Virus record (IMG/VR): IMGVR_UViG_3300005264_000039
Span: 4,381-68,380 of that record
DNA from: a virus
Reading direction: 5' to 3' (one strand)
DNA length: 64,000 nucleotides
A program made the position numbers and the translations under genes. The first letter of the stretch is position 1; every line of letters begins with the position of its first letter. The notes beneath the pieces are model-generated. The model worked only from the letters and a program-made list of their open reading frames with translations, had not been told where the DNA came from and ran no database searches. This document shows positions 41,483 through 51,792 of this stretch, piece by piece.

Positions 41483-42469
41483 TTATTTTATTAGCATTAG
41501 TTGACCAAATATACCTATATTGATATTATTTGTGTTTATATATTGATATATTTTATTTGTCAATTTACTTCCAATAAATCCATTTAAAATGAATTTATCA
41601 TACTCATGTATCGGAATATGTGATAATAATTGATATTTCGTTAGATTGAACATCGAGTATTTTTCTTTGATAATATCATTATTGTTATGATATGATTTTA
41701 TATGTGAGAAATTAGTTTCAAGTGCGAGTAACGCATCAATGCCAATTACAAGTGGATTTGTGTGATGTATTTCATTTAATGACTCCGCATTATTAATTTC
41801 ATAATATGAAATAGGATAATCAAAAAAATCCAAGTCGTTTGTAATTCTCAGTACATTTCGCTTGAATATATCTGAATAATTATATACATTGTGTTTCACA
41901 ATATCATCGACATATAATTCAATTCGTTGAAGATTAAATGCATTTTTGTCGAAGTCTGGATAAGTCGATGCATTTGGTTTAAATGTTGTGTTATATGTTG
42001 ATGATTTAATTATAAAATCTTTATCTGTTTTATTTAGATATGACGGTAAATGCTCTTGTAAAGAATCGTCAATATTAGTAATCTCAAGTACTCTAAATTT
42101 ACCAATCGTATCAAGAACTGTTATTGTTGTTTTACCACGTCTGATAATAGTTCCATTTGACAACGGTGCTATTTTATTAGTATTTGTATTTATAAAAATG
42201 CCATTGTACACATTGTTATGTATATGATTTCTAATATATAAATTAAGTACCCCCTTCGATTTTTGTTTTATATTGGGAATGAGTGTTTTATTTATATTTG
42301 CATTATTTACTATTATATTTTTATGTATGACACTGTTTAAATTACTATATTTAATTGTTGATATTGTTTCAGACGTTTTATCAACTAATAATAATTCATT
42401 GTATATTTTGGGTTCTAGTGCTAAATTATTTATACGTGCAGGTTGATTGATGTATACTGATGATTTCAT
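41483..42469 (-). CDS. highly diverged QueA-like protein (tRNA ribosyltransferase-isomerase fold)
   Basis: Colinear remnants LLLVDK, YSNL..IVNN, LPSYL, YYEI..AE.LN, LVIG...LALET, NGFIG...IY, FGQLMLIK; 328 aa. Confidence 0.55.
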   Translation of the reverse strand: MKSSVYINQPARINNLALEPKIYNELLLVDKTSETISTIKYSNLNSVIHKNIIVNNANINKTLIPNIKQKSKGVLNLYIRNHIHNNVYNGIFINTNTNKIAPLSNGTIIRRGKTTITVLDTIGKFRVLEITNIDDSLQEHLPSYLNKTDKDFIIKSSTYNTTFKPNASTYPDFDKNAFNLQRIELYVDDIVKHNVYNYSDIFKRNVLRITNDLDFFDYPISYYEINNAESLNEIHHTNPLVIGIDALLALETNFSHIKSYHNNNDIIKEKYSMFNLTKYQLLSHIPIHEYDKFILNGFIGSKLTNKIYQYINTNNINIGIFGQLMLIK

Positions 42470-42482
42470 TCTATTTATTTTT

Positions 42483-42719
42483 TTAAATTTGTTTTTGTAT
42501 CATATATATTTGTTTGTATGTGTATTTTTCATTTACATATTTTGTAATTTGCGATTCAATATACTTAATTATAACACCTGCTGACACTTTATAATGTAAT
42601 TCATTTTCACAAACATGGCATTTCAAATTATCATGCCAATTTATATTACCACATATATCACATAGTTTATAATTATGTGGATTGTTGTTGATTTCTCCTA
42701 GTGTGTGAATATTATTCAT
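42483..42719 (-). CDS. small zinc-ribbon protein
   Basis: CDICG...CHVC. Confidence 0.65.
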   Translation of the reverse strand: MNNIHTLGEINNNPHNYKLCDICGNINWHDNLKCHVCENELHYKVSAGVIIKYIESQITKYVNEKYTYKQIYMIQKQI

Positions 42720-43506
42720 TTATTATTTTTTTTATGTTATTTACCAATGTATTTGTTATATTCAGTGTACCTGTGTTTTCACTTCGTACATGGAACAGAT
42801 TATCAAATGTATCTGAGTCATTCTTCCAACCAGCCATAGCAAAATACACTAATCGATTACTAGGTAAAAACATATTAGCAATCTCTGATTTAATGCCTTT
42901 ACGTTTAAGCCATAAACTTAATTGATATAATTTTTTACTTGTAAATTTAATTAACGATTGCTGTGTGATAGATAGTTCGGTTGGAATGTAGAATGTTGGT
43001 TTGTATCGTTTATCACGAGAAGTTTCAATTTCAAATGAAAATTTACGATGTCGTACTAAATGAGAAATGAATTTATATGGAACATGTCCCCATATAATTT
43101 TAAAATTGTCAAACAAAGACATATCAATATTTTCGTTTTTAATGTCATTTAAAATTGATTCATTTATATTAGCTCGTAATAATGTTCGTAAATTTGTAAA
43201 ATATGTTGGTTCATTGTTTTCATTCAATGTAACATACGAATATCGAGTAATTTTATTTACAAATGATGCATAGTCAGTATTAAATTTTGATTGTATTTTA
43301 TTTAATAATGTTTGATTTAATATTATTGGCACAAATTCAAATACACTTGATGCCTTTCCTCCGCTTTCTGTTAATAACCGATTCCACAATAATTGTTTCT
43401 GTGCATCTGTTCGTGTTTGTGATATTCTACCTTTTGTTATACCTGCAGAGAAATCTACAATGTCACTATTTGATAATTCTATGTGGTGTTGTTTTCGTAT
43501 AAACAT
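42712..43506 (-). CDS. ThyX-like flavin-dependent thymidylate synthase (divergent)
   Basis: SSVFEF, HLVRHRKFSFEIETSR, GIKSEIANMFLP, NLFHVR. Confidence 0.7.
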   Translation of the reverse strand: MFIRKQHHIELSNSDIVDFSAGITKGRISQTRTDAQKQLLWNRLLTESGGKASSVFEFVPIILNQTLLNKIQSKFNTDYASFVNKITRYSYVTLNENNEPTYFTNLRTLLRANINESILNDIKNENIDMSLFDNFKIIWGHVPYKFISHLVRHRKFSFEIETSRDKRYKPTFYIPTELSITQQSLIKFTSKKLYQLSLWLKRKGIKSEIANMFLPSNRLVYFAMAGWKNDSDTFDNLFHVRSENTGTLNITNTLVNNIKKIINE

Positions 43507-43578
43507 GTTTATTATTTTAGTTTTTTATAAATAAAACAATTTTTTTTGTTATTATCACAATATTTATATAAAAATATT

Positions 43579-44007
43579 ATGGAATTAACAAATTTATTTA
43601 CAGCAATAGAATCAATATTCACTTATTATAATGATGATGAGCAAAGTATATATCATTTTTTACGAATAAGTTCTAATCCAAATGTAATTGACTTTGATGA
43701 GCGTATTGCATTAGTATTGTATAAAACAATAATCGATGGACATTTAACATCAAATGATATTGAAACATTGTATAATGAGAATGTATCGAATTATATACAG
43801 CAAATAAATCAATATACAGGAGAAAGTGATTACAATTATATTGATAGAATAAATAGTAGTGAAGTATTATCACGATTACGATTTTGTATTCTTGATGATG
43901 AATACTTTATATCAACATACAATTCAAAATTGTCATTAAATAGTACAAATGATATTAAATCGTCATTGCGAATGAATAATTATAATGGTTATGGATGTCA
44001 TATTTAA
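43579..44007 (+). CDS. hypothetical protein
   Basis: ATG after TATTTATA at 43561. Confidence 0.6.
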   Translation: MELTNLFTAIESIFTYYNDDEQSIYHFLRISSNPNVIDFDERIALVLYKTIIDGHLTSNDIETLYNENVSNYIQQINQYTGESDYNYIDRINSSEVLSRLRFCILDDEYFISTYNSKLSLNSTNDIKSSLRMNNYNGYGCHI

Positions 44008-44170
44008 TTTTAATTATTTTTTTATACTATATATAATAAAGAATAAGATTCTTACCTAATACTCTATTATAATATAGAGTCAAATAATTATATTATTAAT
44101 AATTTTTACTAATAAAAATTGATAATTAACCCATATTTTTGTAATATAATACAAAATTAAAAAAAGAATT

Positions 44171-45154
44171 ATGAAAAAGAACAAGAAAATCAATGATTTA
44201 TTGCAAGAAGCAATAGACGAAGCAAAATTAGTACGTGAAACTGCTAGACAAACAACAAAGTCTTTTATGTCAGATTCATATAATCCTAAATTAAAATTTG
44301 AGATTAATGATGATGAAGATGAAGATGAGTTAATTGGCAATGATGAAAATGAAATCTTAGAAAGTTTTATTACATTAGAAGATTTAGAACTTGATGATGA
44401 GTTGGAACTTGATGATGAGTTAGAACTTGGAGATGAATTAGAACTTGAAGACGAGTTAGAACTTGAAGACGAGTTAGATTTAGAACTTGATGATGAGTTA
44501 GAACTTGATGATGAGTTAGATTTAGAACTTGATGACCTTGAAGACGAGTTAGAACTTGAAGACGAGTTAGATTTAGAACTTGATGACCTTGAAGAAGAGG
44601 ATTTATCAATTGATAATGAACTTGAATTGGAACTTGGAGATGAATTAGAACTTGAAGACGAGTTAGAACTTGATGAAGATTTAGATTTGGAATCATTATT
44701 CAATGAAGTAAGTTCGCAAATTAAAGAAGAAGACGAAGCAGAATTACAAATGAAACAATTAATGGAACAATTGCAAGATGCAAAAGTACAATTAAAACGT
44801 TCACTAAAAATAATCAATTTTCAACAAAAACAAATTAAAGAAGTGAATTTAATAAATGCAAAGTTATTATACACTAATAAAATTTGGAAAGCTGATAATT
44901 TACAAGAAAATACTAAACAAAAAGTATTTGAAACAATTGATAAGGCATCGTCAATTAAAGAAGCAAAACTTATTTATGAAACATTAAAATCTTCTTTAAA
45001 AGTGAATTCGCATAAACGAACTAAAACAAAACAAAAAAAATTAACTGAGAGCGTGTCTTCAAAGAGAACAACGTCAACTAAACCAATTATAAGTAATGAA
45101 TTGAATTCACAAGCAAAACGTTTTCAACAATTGGCAGGTATCTTAGAAAATTAA
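44171..45154 (+). CDS. prohead core/scaffolding protein
   Basis: Very acidic centre, EVNLINAKLLYTNK, C-terminal RFQQLAGI, directly upstream of major capsid. Confidence 0.85.
   Translation: MKKNKKINDLLQEAIDEAKLVRETARQTTKSFMSDSYNPKLKFEINDDEDEDELIGNDENEILESFITLEDLELDDELELDDELELGDELELEDELELEDELDLELDDELELDDELDLELDDLEDELELEDELDLELDDLEEEDLSIDNELELELGDELELEDELELDEDLDLESLFNEVSSQIKEEDEAELQMKQLMEQLQDAKVQLKRSLKIINFQQKQIKEVNLINAKLLYTNKIWKADNLQENTKQKVFETIDKASSIKEAKLIYETLKSSLKVNSHKRTKTKQKKLTESVSSKRTTSTKPIISNELNSQAKRFQQLAGILEN
44375..44690 (+). repeat. coding tandem repeats encoding (LE/LD)-rich acidic tract
   Basis: Recurring TTAGAACTTGATGATGAG and TTAGAACTTGAAGACGAG units. Confidence 0.92.
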
Positions 45155-45179
45155 AAAAAAACTTAAAAAATAAAAAATA

Positions 45180-46874
45180 ATGAATTTATTTAACGACATT
45201 ATGGCACAAGGTGGAACAAAAGCGTTACACCGTAGACAATTCGAAGAAACTAAGAAATTAGTAAACCGTTGGGATAAAACTGGTCTATTAGAAGGACTTG
45301 GTGATGGATATGATAAACATGGTATGGCAATTATGCTTGATAACCAAGCTCGTCAACTTATTGATGAGGTTAGTAAAACAGGCGGACCTTCTGCAGAAGA
45401 ATGGTCAGGTGTTGCACTTCCATTAGTACGTAGAATTTTTGGTGAAATTGCATCGAAAGACTTCGTTTCAATTCAACCAATGAATTTACCATCAGGATTA
45501 GTATTCTTTATTGATTTTAAATATGGAAGTAATCAACCTGGTTTCACAACTGCTGACGGACCAACACATCAAGAAAATACTATTTATGGTGTAACTTCTG
45601 CGGAAGGTGAACCAACAGGTGGTTTATATGGTGCAGGTAGATTTGGATATTCTATTAATGATAATAGTGTTTCTATTACTCCATTTGCAGTAAACGATTC
45701 AACTTGGGAAGATGTTAATTTTAACGAATCTTTAAAAGCAGGTGTTACAGCAAAAACTATTAGAAAAGTTACTTTTAACTTAGAAAACTTAGAATCTGAT
45801 TATAATGGTGTGAAAGCATTTACAGTTGAAAACGCTGATGGTGTTACAACTATGAATAATTTTTACCCAGCATACACAAAACCAATTGATGAAACTGGTG
45901 CTTTTAGTAAAACAAAAGTAACATTCTTTATGACTGCAACTGATGAATACGCTGACCCAATTGATACAGATTCAACATTAGTTATCAAATATCATAAACA
46001 ACCAGTTGATTATAATAGAGGTGATTTTGAATCTGTTGGTGACCCATCATGGGCAGACGGAACAACTTCTCCAGAAAAATATAGTCCAACTACAGTTGGT
46101 GCTAATGCACTTGATATTCCTGAAATAGATGTTGCATTAAGAAGCGAACCTATTGTTGCTAAAACAAGAAAGTTAAAAGCGGTATGGACACCAGAATTTG
46201 CACAAGATTTAAATGCATATCATTCAATTGATGCAGAAGCTGAATTAACAGCAATCTTATCAGAATACATATCAATGGAAATTGATTTAGAAATTTTAGA
46301 AATGTTACTTACTAACGCTGTAACTTCTGACGTTTGGTCTGCTAAAATTGGTAATGTTTATTTAGGGTCTGATACATTTGGAACACAAGATGCAGAAGAA
46401 GGTAGAACACTATCTTATACACAACCAGAATGGTTTAAAACACTTGGAACAAAAATCCAAAAAGTTTCAAACTTAATTCACCAAAAAACTATGCGTGGTG
46501 GAGCAAACTTCATAGTTCTTTCTCCGAAAGTAGCAACAGTTTTAGAATCAATTCCAGGATTCCAAGTAGCTACAGACGGTAATCAAATGAGCTTTGCAAT
46601 GGGTGTTCAAAAAGTAGGTAGTTTTAATAACAGATATACTGTTTATAAAAACCCTTACATGCTTGAAGATACAGTATTAATGGGATATAGAGGTACAGCA
46701 TTCTTGGAAACAGGAGCAGTATATGCACCTTACATTCCTTTAGTAATGACTCCAATCATTTATGACCCAACTAACTTATCTCCAAGAAAAGGCGTTATGA
46801 CACGTTACGCTAAGAAAATGGTTCGTAAGGAGTTTTACGCTTCATTAAAAATTTCTGACTTACAGTACATATAG
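45180..46874 (+). CDS. major capsid protein, T4 gp23-like
   Basis: LPLVRR, VSIQPMNLPSGLVF, AKTRKLKAVWTPEFAQDLNAYH..DAEAEL, YAPYIPL, GVMTRYA. Confidence 0.97.
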   Translation: MNLFNDIMAQGGTKALHRRQFEETKKLVNRWDKTGLLEGLGDGYDKHGMAIMLDNQARQLIDEVSKTGGPSAEEWSGVALPLVRRIFGEIASKDFVSIQPMNLPSGLVFFIDFKYGSNQPGFTTADGPTHQENTIYGVTSAEGEPTGGLYGAGRFGYSINDNSVSITPFAVNDSTWEDVNFNESLKAGVTAKTIRKVTFNLENLESDYNGVKAFTVENADGVTTMNNFYPAYTKPIDETGAFSKTKVTFFMTATDEYADPIDTDSTLVIKYHKQPVDYNRGDFESVGDPSWADGTTSPEKYSPTTVGANALDIPEIDVALRSEPIVAKTRKLKAVWTPEFAQDLNAYHSIDAEAELTAILSEYISMEIDLEILEMLLTNAVTSDVWSAKIGNVYLGSDTFGTQDAEEGRTLSYTQPEWFKTLGTKIQKVSNLIHQKTMRGGANFIVLSPKVATVLESIPGFQVATDGNQMSFAMGVQKVGSFNNRYTVYKNPYMLEDTVLMGYRGTAFLETGAVYAPYIPLVMTPIIYDPTNLSPRKGVMTRYAKKMVRKEFYASLKISDLQYI

Positions 46875-46926
46875 ACAGTTACTTACAAGCGTTATTTTGA
46901 GTGATGCTTTAAGTAAAACAACAATA

Positions 46927-46957
46927 AAATCCTGATAGAAATATCAGGATTTTTTTT
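46927..46957 (+). terminator. terminator after major capsid gene
   Basis: AAAATCCTGATA-GAAA-TATCAGGATTTT followed by T run. Confidence 0.88.
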
Positions 46958-46981
46958 ATTTTATTTATATTAAAATTATAA

Positions 46982-48489
46982 ATGAAGCTAATGCAATGTA
47001 AATATTGTGATAAACAATATACAGACTTAATTAATAAAAGTGGTGGATTAACTAAGCATTTAAAATCTAAGCATGGTATAGTTGATAAAAATGCACTTGG
47101 TCATTTTGATGTCATTACAGTAGACGACAAACCAACTATTAAATGTCCGTATTGTGATTGGACAACAATTGATGTAAATAATTTAAGTGGGCAATTTTCC
47201 GTACATATATTAAATACACATAATAAATCTGAATTTGAATGTGTATCTGAATTTCCAGATTTCAAAACATATTTTAATTTAGATAAAAAAATAGATACTA
47301 GATATAAAGAAAATTATGTTATATGCAAAATTTGCGGTAAATACATGAAGCGTATCAATAATACGCATCTGAAAAAACATGATACAACACTAATAGAATA
47401 TAAACAAAAATATGGTTTGGATGATATAGTATCAGTAATGTCATCCCAATTACAGTCAGGTATAACAACACAACGAAATATCACATCCGATTATTCATTA
47501 AATAATAGTGAAATAATAGTACCTAAAAGCTATTTTAGTGATTATATAACTGCAAATGGAAAACTCAATTTAATAAAACATATCCCATCGTTATTAACAG
47601 AAATTAGAACATCACAATCATTATTTCCATATCCTGTAAATACTAATAATGATATACGTGAAATAATTAGTAAAATATATAAATATAATACATCAACAAT
47701 ATTACAAGATAATGTATTTAATAACAACACATCAATAATAGGTGTATACTTTTTAAAAACAATATTTAAATCTTATTGGAATAGTAAGTTTAAAGATAAA
47801 AAATCTATTGTTGATGCTTGGTTCGATGATGATATTATGGGAAGAGTAATCAGATATATAATTGGAATAAATTTTTCAACTAAAATATCGGACTTTACTA
47901 TTCATAATGTATTAAAAGGATTAACCGAACATAGATTATCAATTAGTTTCTTTAAACCGATTGTCGCTGTTGCAATATATGAAAAGCTATTAACTAACAA
48001 AACTAATCCAACTGTAATCGACCCTTGTGTTGGATTTGGGGTAGATTGTTAGGATTCAGTAGCAAGTATCCACTTGGAACATATATTGGCTGTGAGCCAA
48101 ATAAAACAACCTTTAATGAGCTATTAGAATTACGAGATATTATTATTAGTAATTCGGATGTGAAAAAGGAACAAATTAAATTATACAATTGTAAATGGGA
48201 AGATTTTAAATATAACGGTGATTATGATTTAGTATTTACATCTATTCCATATTATGATACTGAGATATATTATAATCAATCTGAATATTTTACATATAAT
48301 GATATTGACGATTGGAAAAATACTTTTATATCTACATTTTATAATTATAAAAATGTGTTTATTAATATGGATATGAATACATATGATAAGTTAAATTTAG
48401 ATAGTGATATATTATATAAATTGTCGAATAACACATCACATTTCAATAAAAATACAAAAACTAAATGTGAACTAATTGTTAAAATCTGA
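46982..48489 (+). pseudogene. zinc-finger/DNA amino-methyltransferase fusion split by one frameshift
   Basis: Three CxxC...H fingers; VIDPCVGFG continues as GRLLG..YIGCEPN..FTSIPYY in another frame at the G4 run 48038-48041. Confidence 0.8.
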
Positions 48490-48914
48490 AAAATAATTAT
48501 ATGTATAATAAATTAAGTTTTAATTATAATAATTTATAATAAATATCATGTACACTACTTATACATAGCATTACAAACATATGAAACCTTTCAATATTAA
48601 AATAGTGTATTATATGCTGTTATGTAAGTGTATGTGAAATTATAATATAAATCTCATACTTTTCAAGTGTCAAAAAACGTGAAAATCTTATATATATTTA
48701 TATTAAAGTAATATAAAGTGCTGATGTGTTGGTTGTTATGTTTATATTGAATGTCTTAATTAAAAAGTTACTTTATTTGTAAATAAAAAAATAAAATTCT
48801 TTTTTATAATCATTTCTTTTAAAATATCTCACCGCAATTTTAAGAAAAGAGAAACTCGCAATTTCATATAAAAAAGAATTTTTAAATATTAAACCTTTAA
48901 AAACAATTTGTATT

Positions 48915-49322
48915 ATGAAAAAATCAGTTTTATTGGTAATTTTATTATTATCATTAATTAGTATTACTTTTGGGCAATCATTTGAACAAAATCAGTTAAA
49001 AAATGAAAATTTAGTTGCATCATATGATACACTTGGAATAGTTGTTGCATCATACTTTAATACTATAAGTGTTGGTAATGATATAGTATTTAGAAAAGAA
49101 TTAAATCCAAATTATACATGCACATTAGTAATACATGGAAAAAATGTACTTTTTCTTTATAATAATGTTGAAATATATTGCTATAATGATGAGATTTTAA
49201 TTCTTGAAGTTAATACTACAGATATAAATAATATATTAACTATGACATTCTCGGCATCTTATGAAGATACTAGAAAACTCACAGGTTATTATAATATGGT
49301 AATATTTATGGAATCTAATTAA
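48915..49322 (+). CDS. secreted protein with Sec signal peptide
   Basis: MKKSVLLVILLLSLISITFG/Q. Confidence 0.7.
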   Translation: MKKSVLLVILLLSLISITFGQSFEQNQLKNENLVASYDTLGIVVASYFNTISVGNDIVFRKELNPNYTCTLVIHGKNVLFLYNNVEIYCYNDEILILEVNTTDINNILTMTFSASYEDTRKLTGYYNMVIFMESN

Positions 49323-49456
49323 TTAAATTAACTATAAAAAATATAATTACAACAATTAAAATCCAAAACTATAATTCTTTTAGTAACTTTAGAAATTTTT
49401 TAAACACTAAACTTAATTTTAAAACAAATTAAAAGAGTTAAGACATTTTATATTAA

Positions 49457-49738
49457 ATGATTATGGGTAAAATAATGAATATTAAAAATAGACAAAATGA
49501 CGAACCTAATGAACAAATGAAATACAAGACTCTATTAAAAAATACAATATTAAAAAGGACTAGCTACAAATTGTTATTAGTATTGGATAAATTACTTGAT
49601 AAACTACTTGCTATAACTGTAAAACAACGAATTTTAATTCTAATTCTAATAGCGATGGTTGTAACAATACATAGTATCGAACTTAGTTTTATCGTATTTT
49701 TAAGAATAGTCTATATTTATATTGATAATAAAGACTAA
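49457..49738 (+). CDS. small membrane protein
   Basis: C-terminal hydrophobic segments. Confidence 0.5.
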   Translation: MIMGKIMNIKNRQNDEPNEQMKYKTLLKNTILKRTSYKLLLVLDKLLDKLLAITVKQRILILILIAMVVTIHSIELSFIVFLRIVYIYIDNKD

Positions 49739-49797
49739 TAAATGTGTGTGTGTAACAATATAAAAATTAATTACATTTATTTAAAATAAACTGAATT

Positions 49798-51114
49798 ATG
49801 AAACTAAACAAACCAACTAACCCTAATTATTGTTTTACTGTTGTAAAACTTGGGGATGACATTAAGTTACCAAATATGGACAATATTGTTCATAAAAATG
49901 TATTTGGTAACCTTGTGATAACAGGAAAAAGTATATTTAAAAAAGGTGATTTAGCACTATATATACCAGTTGAAACTCAGCTTTCATCTGAATACTGTAA
50001 ATTCAATGATTTATTCGATAAAAAGGAATTTAACAATGATACTACAAAAAAAGGGTATATCAGTTATAAAAAAAGACGAATTAAAGCTATTAAATTTTAT
50101 AAAGGGACTTATGAATCAAATGGGTTATTAATGCCGTTAGATAGCTTATCATATATCAATGATGACATTGCAAAATCATTAACATTAGGAGATGAATTTG
50201 ATACAATTGGTGGTGTTGCTGTGTGTAATAAATATGAATTACCAATTAAACGTCAAAAAGGACAATCAAATAATAACAAACCAACTGGATTTAATCAAGT
50301 AATAGATAATCAATTTAAATTTCATGTAGACACATTACAATTGGGTAAATTTATCGATAGATTTAATCCGCATGACCTTATTTCTATTACATATAAATTA
50401 CATGGTACTAGTGCTATAAGTAGTAATGTATTAGTCAAAAGAAAACTCAATTTAATTGAAAAATTATTGTTGAAATTAAATGTTAATATTAACACGTCTT
50501 ATTATAGTAACACTGGATTATATTCTAGTCGGAAAGTAATTAAAAACAAATGGATACGAAAGGAAAATCAATATCATCAAAAAGCAGATTTACGTAGAAC
50601 AGCACACGAATTAATATCACCACTATTACCCAAAGGAATGACTGCTTATTATGAATTAGTAGGATATGAGCCAAATGGAACAATGATACAAAAGCCATTT
50701 GACTATGGATACACCAATCCAAACGATGATGATAATGAATATACTGAAGGTGTTCATTTTGGTATATATGTGTATAGACTGACATATACAAATGAATCTG
50801 GTATAGTATTTGAATTTTCAGCAAAACAAGTTCAAGATTGGTGTAAGGTTTTTAATGTAAAACCAGTACCTGAATTATATTATGGTTCAGCAAATGAATT
50901 ATTTGGATATAATGATGTTGATTTACATGATTGGAGACAAAAATTATTAATAGTATTAAAAGATAAATATTGGTTAACACAATGTAATATGTGTAATAAT
51001 AAAGTACCAAGTGAAGGTATCGTTGTTAGACGTGAAGGATATTCATTGGATATATTGAAATATAAGAATTTTGATTTCTTATTACTTGAAACAAAATCAT
51101 TAGATAAATCATGA
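49798..51114 (+). CDS. ATP-dependent RNA ligase (Rnl2/DRB0094-like) with N-terminal OB-like domain
   Basis: Motif I YKLHGTS, SSRK, YYELVG, VPELYYG, SEGIVVR, KYKNFDF. Confidence 0.85.
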   Translation: MKLNKPTNPNYCFTVVKLGDDIKLPNMDNIVHKNVFGNLVITGKSIFKKGDLALYIPVETQLSSEYCKFNDLFDKKEFNNDTTKKGYISYKKRRIKAIKFYKGTYESNGLLMPLDSLSYINDDIAKSLTLGDEFDTIGGVAVCNKYELPIKRQKGQSNNNKPTGFNQVIDNQFKFHVDTLQLGKFIDRFNPHDLISITYKLHGTSAISSNVLVKRKLNLIEKLLLKLNVNINTSYYSNTGLYSSRKVIKNKWIRKENQYHQKADLRRTAHELISPLLPKGMTAYYELVGYEPNGTMIQKPFDYGYTNPNDDDNEYTEGVHFGIYVYRLTYTNESGIVFEFSAKQVQDWCKVFNVKPVPELYYGSANELFGYNDVDLHDWRQKLLIVLKDKYWLTQCNMCNNKVPSEGIVVRREGYSLDILKYKNFDFLLLETKSLDKS

Positions 51115-51192
51115 TGTAAATAACAAACTTAACTATACATAAACTTGGTGATAGTTTTGTTTGTTATAATATAATGAAAATAAGTAAAACAA

Positions 51193-51525
51193 ATGGATAT
51201 AACAATGTGTAAAGGAGACGAATGTAAACTCAAAGATACATGTCTCAGATTTAAAGGAAAAACAAACGAATTATATCAATCATATTTTACGGAAATGTTA
51301 TATGATGGTAATACTAATACATGTGATTATTATATAGAATATATACCAAAAAAAGTATTAGTAAAAGTATACACAAAAGAAAGATTACCTGATAAAATAG
51401 GGTATTATTATTGCAAAGAATTTGATAGTGTGGTTAAAAGTATAATTGAATTTATACCACATAATCAAGATTACATTAATAAATTTAAAAATGTTGCATA
51501 TTGGTATGAAGAGGTTGAGAATTGA
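51193..51525 (+). CDS. Cys-containing hypothetical phage protein
   Basis: MDITMC....C....C.RF. Confidence 0.65.
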   Translation: MDITMCKGDECKLKDTCLRFKGKTNELYQSYFTEMLYDGNTNTCDYYIEYIPKKVLVKVYTKERLPDKIGYYYCKEFDSVVKSIIEFIPHNQDYINKFKNVAYWYEEVEN

Positions 51526-51628
51526 AATTTCTAAATGATTCCAACTGACAATGGTTGTGTTTGGAGAAAATTGGAGACTTGGTATATGAGAAGAATGGTT
51601 CACCGAAAACCATAAAACAAGTGTTTAA
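51506..51628 (+). pseudogene. gene remnant with two internal TGA codons
   Basis: MKRLRIEISK*FQLTMVVFGENWRLGI*EEWF... Confidence 0.35.
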
Positions 51629-51744
51629 TGAGTTAGGTGTAATTCTATAAACATGACGTATTTGAAGTGATTTTAAATTATATACTCAAACGTAACACAT
51701 CCAAAAGCCCCTTTGATATAATGTAATTGTCTGTTATAAAAACA

Positions 51745-51782
51745 AAAAAACCACATGTAAATATCTACATATGGTTTTTTTG
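51745..51782. terminator. bidirectional terminator
   Basis: A-run CCACATGTA...TACATATGG T-run between convergent genes. Confidence 0.75.
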
Positions 51783-51792
51783 TTTTATCATT

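Noticed and set aside
44375-44690. CRISPR-like array
   Set aside because: Repeats are contiguous, in-frame coding units with no unique spacers.
44080-44817. 245-aa Ser-rich minus-strand ORF and the 44370-44696 alternate-frame ORF
   Set aside because: Shadows of the scaffold repeat.
48035-48041. Programmed -1 frameshift at TTTGGGG
   Set aside because: The heptamer is not in the X XXY YYZ phase of the upstream frame and no stimulatory hairpin is evident; an indel is simpler.
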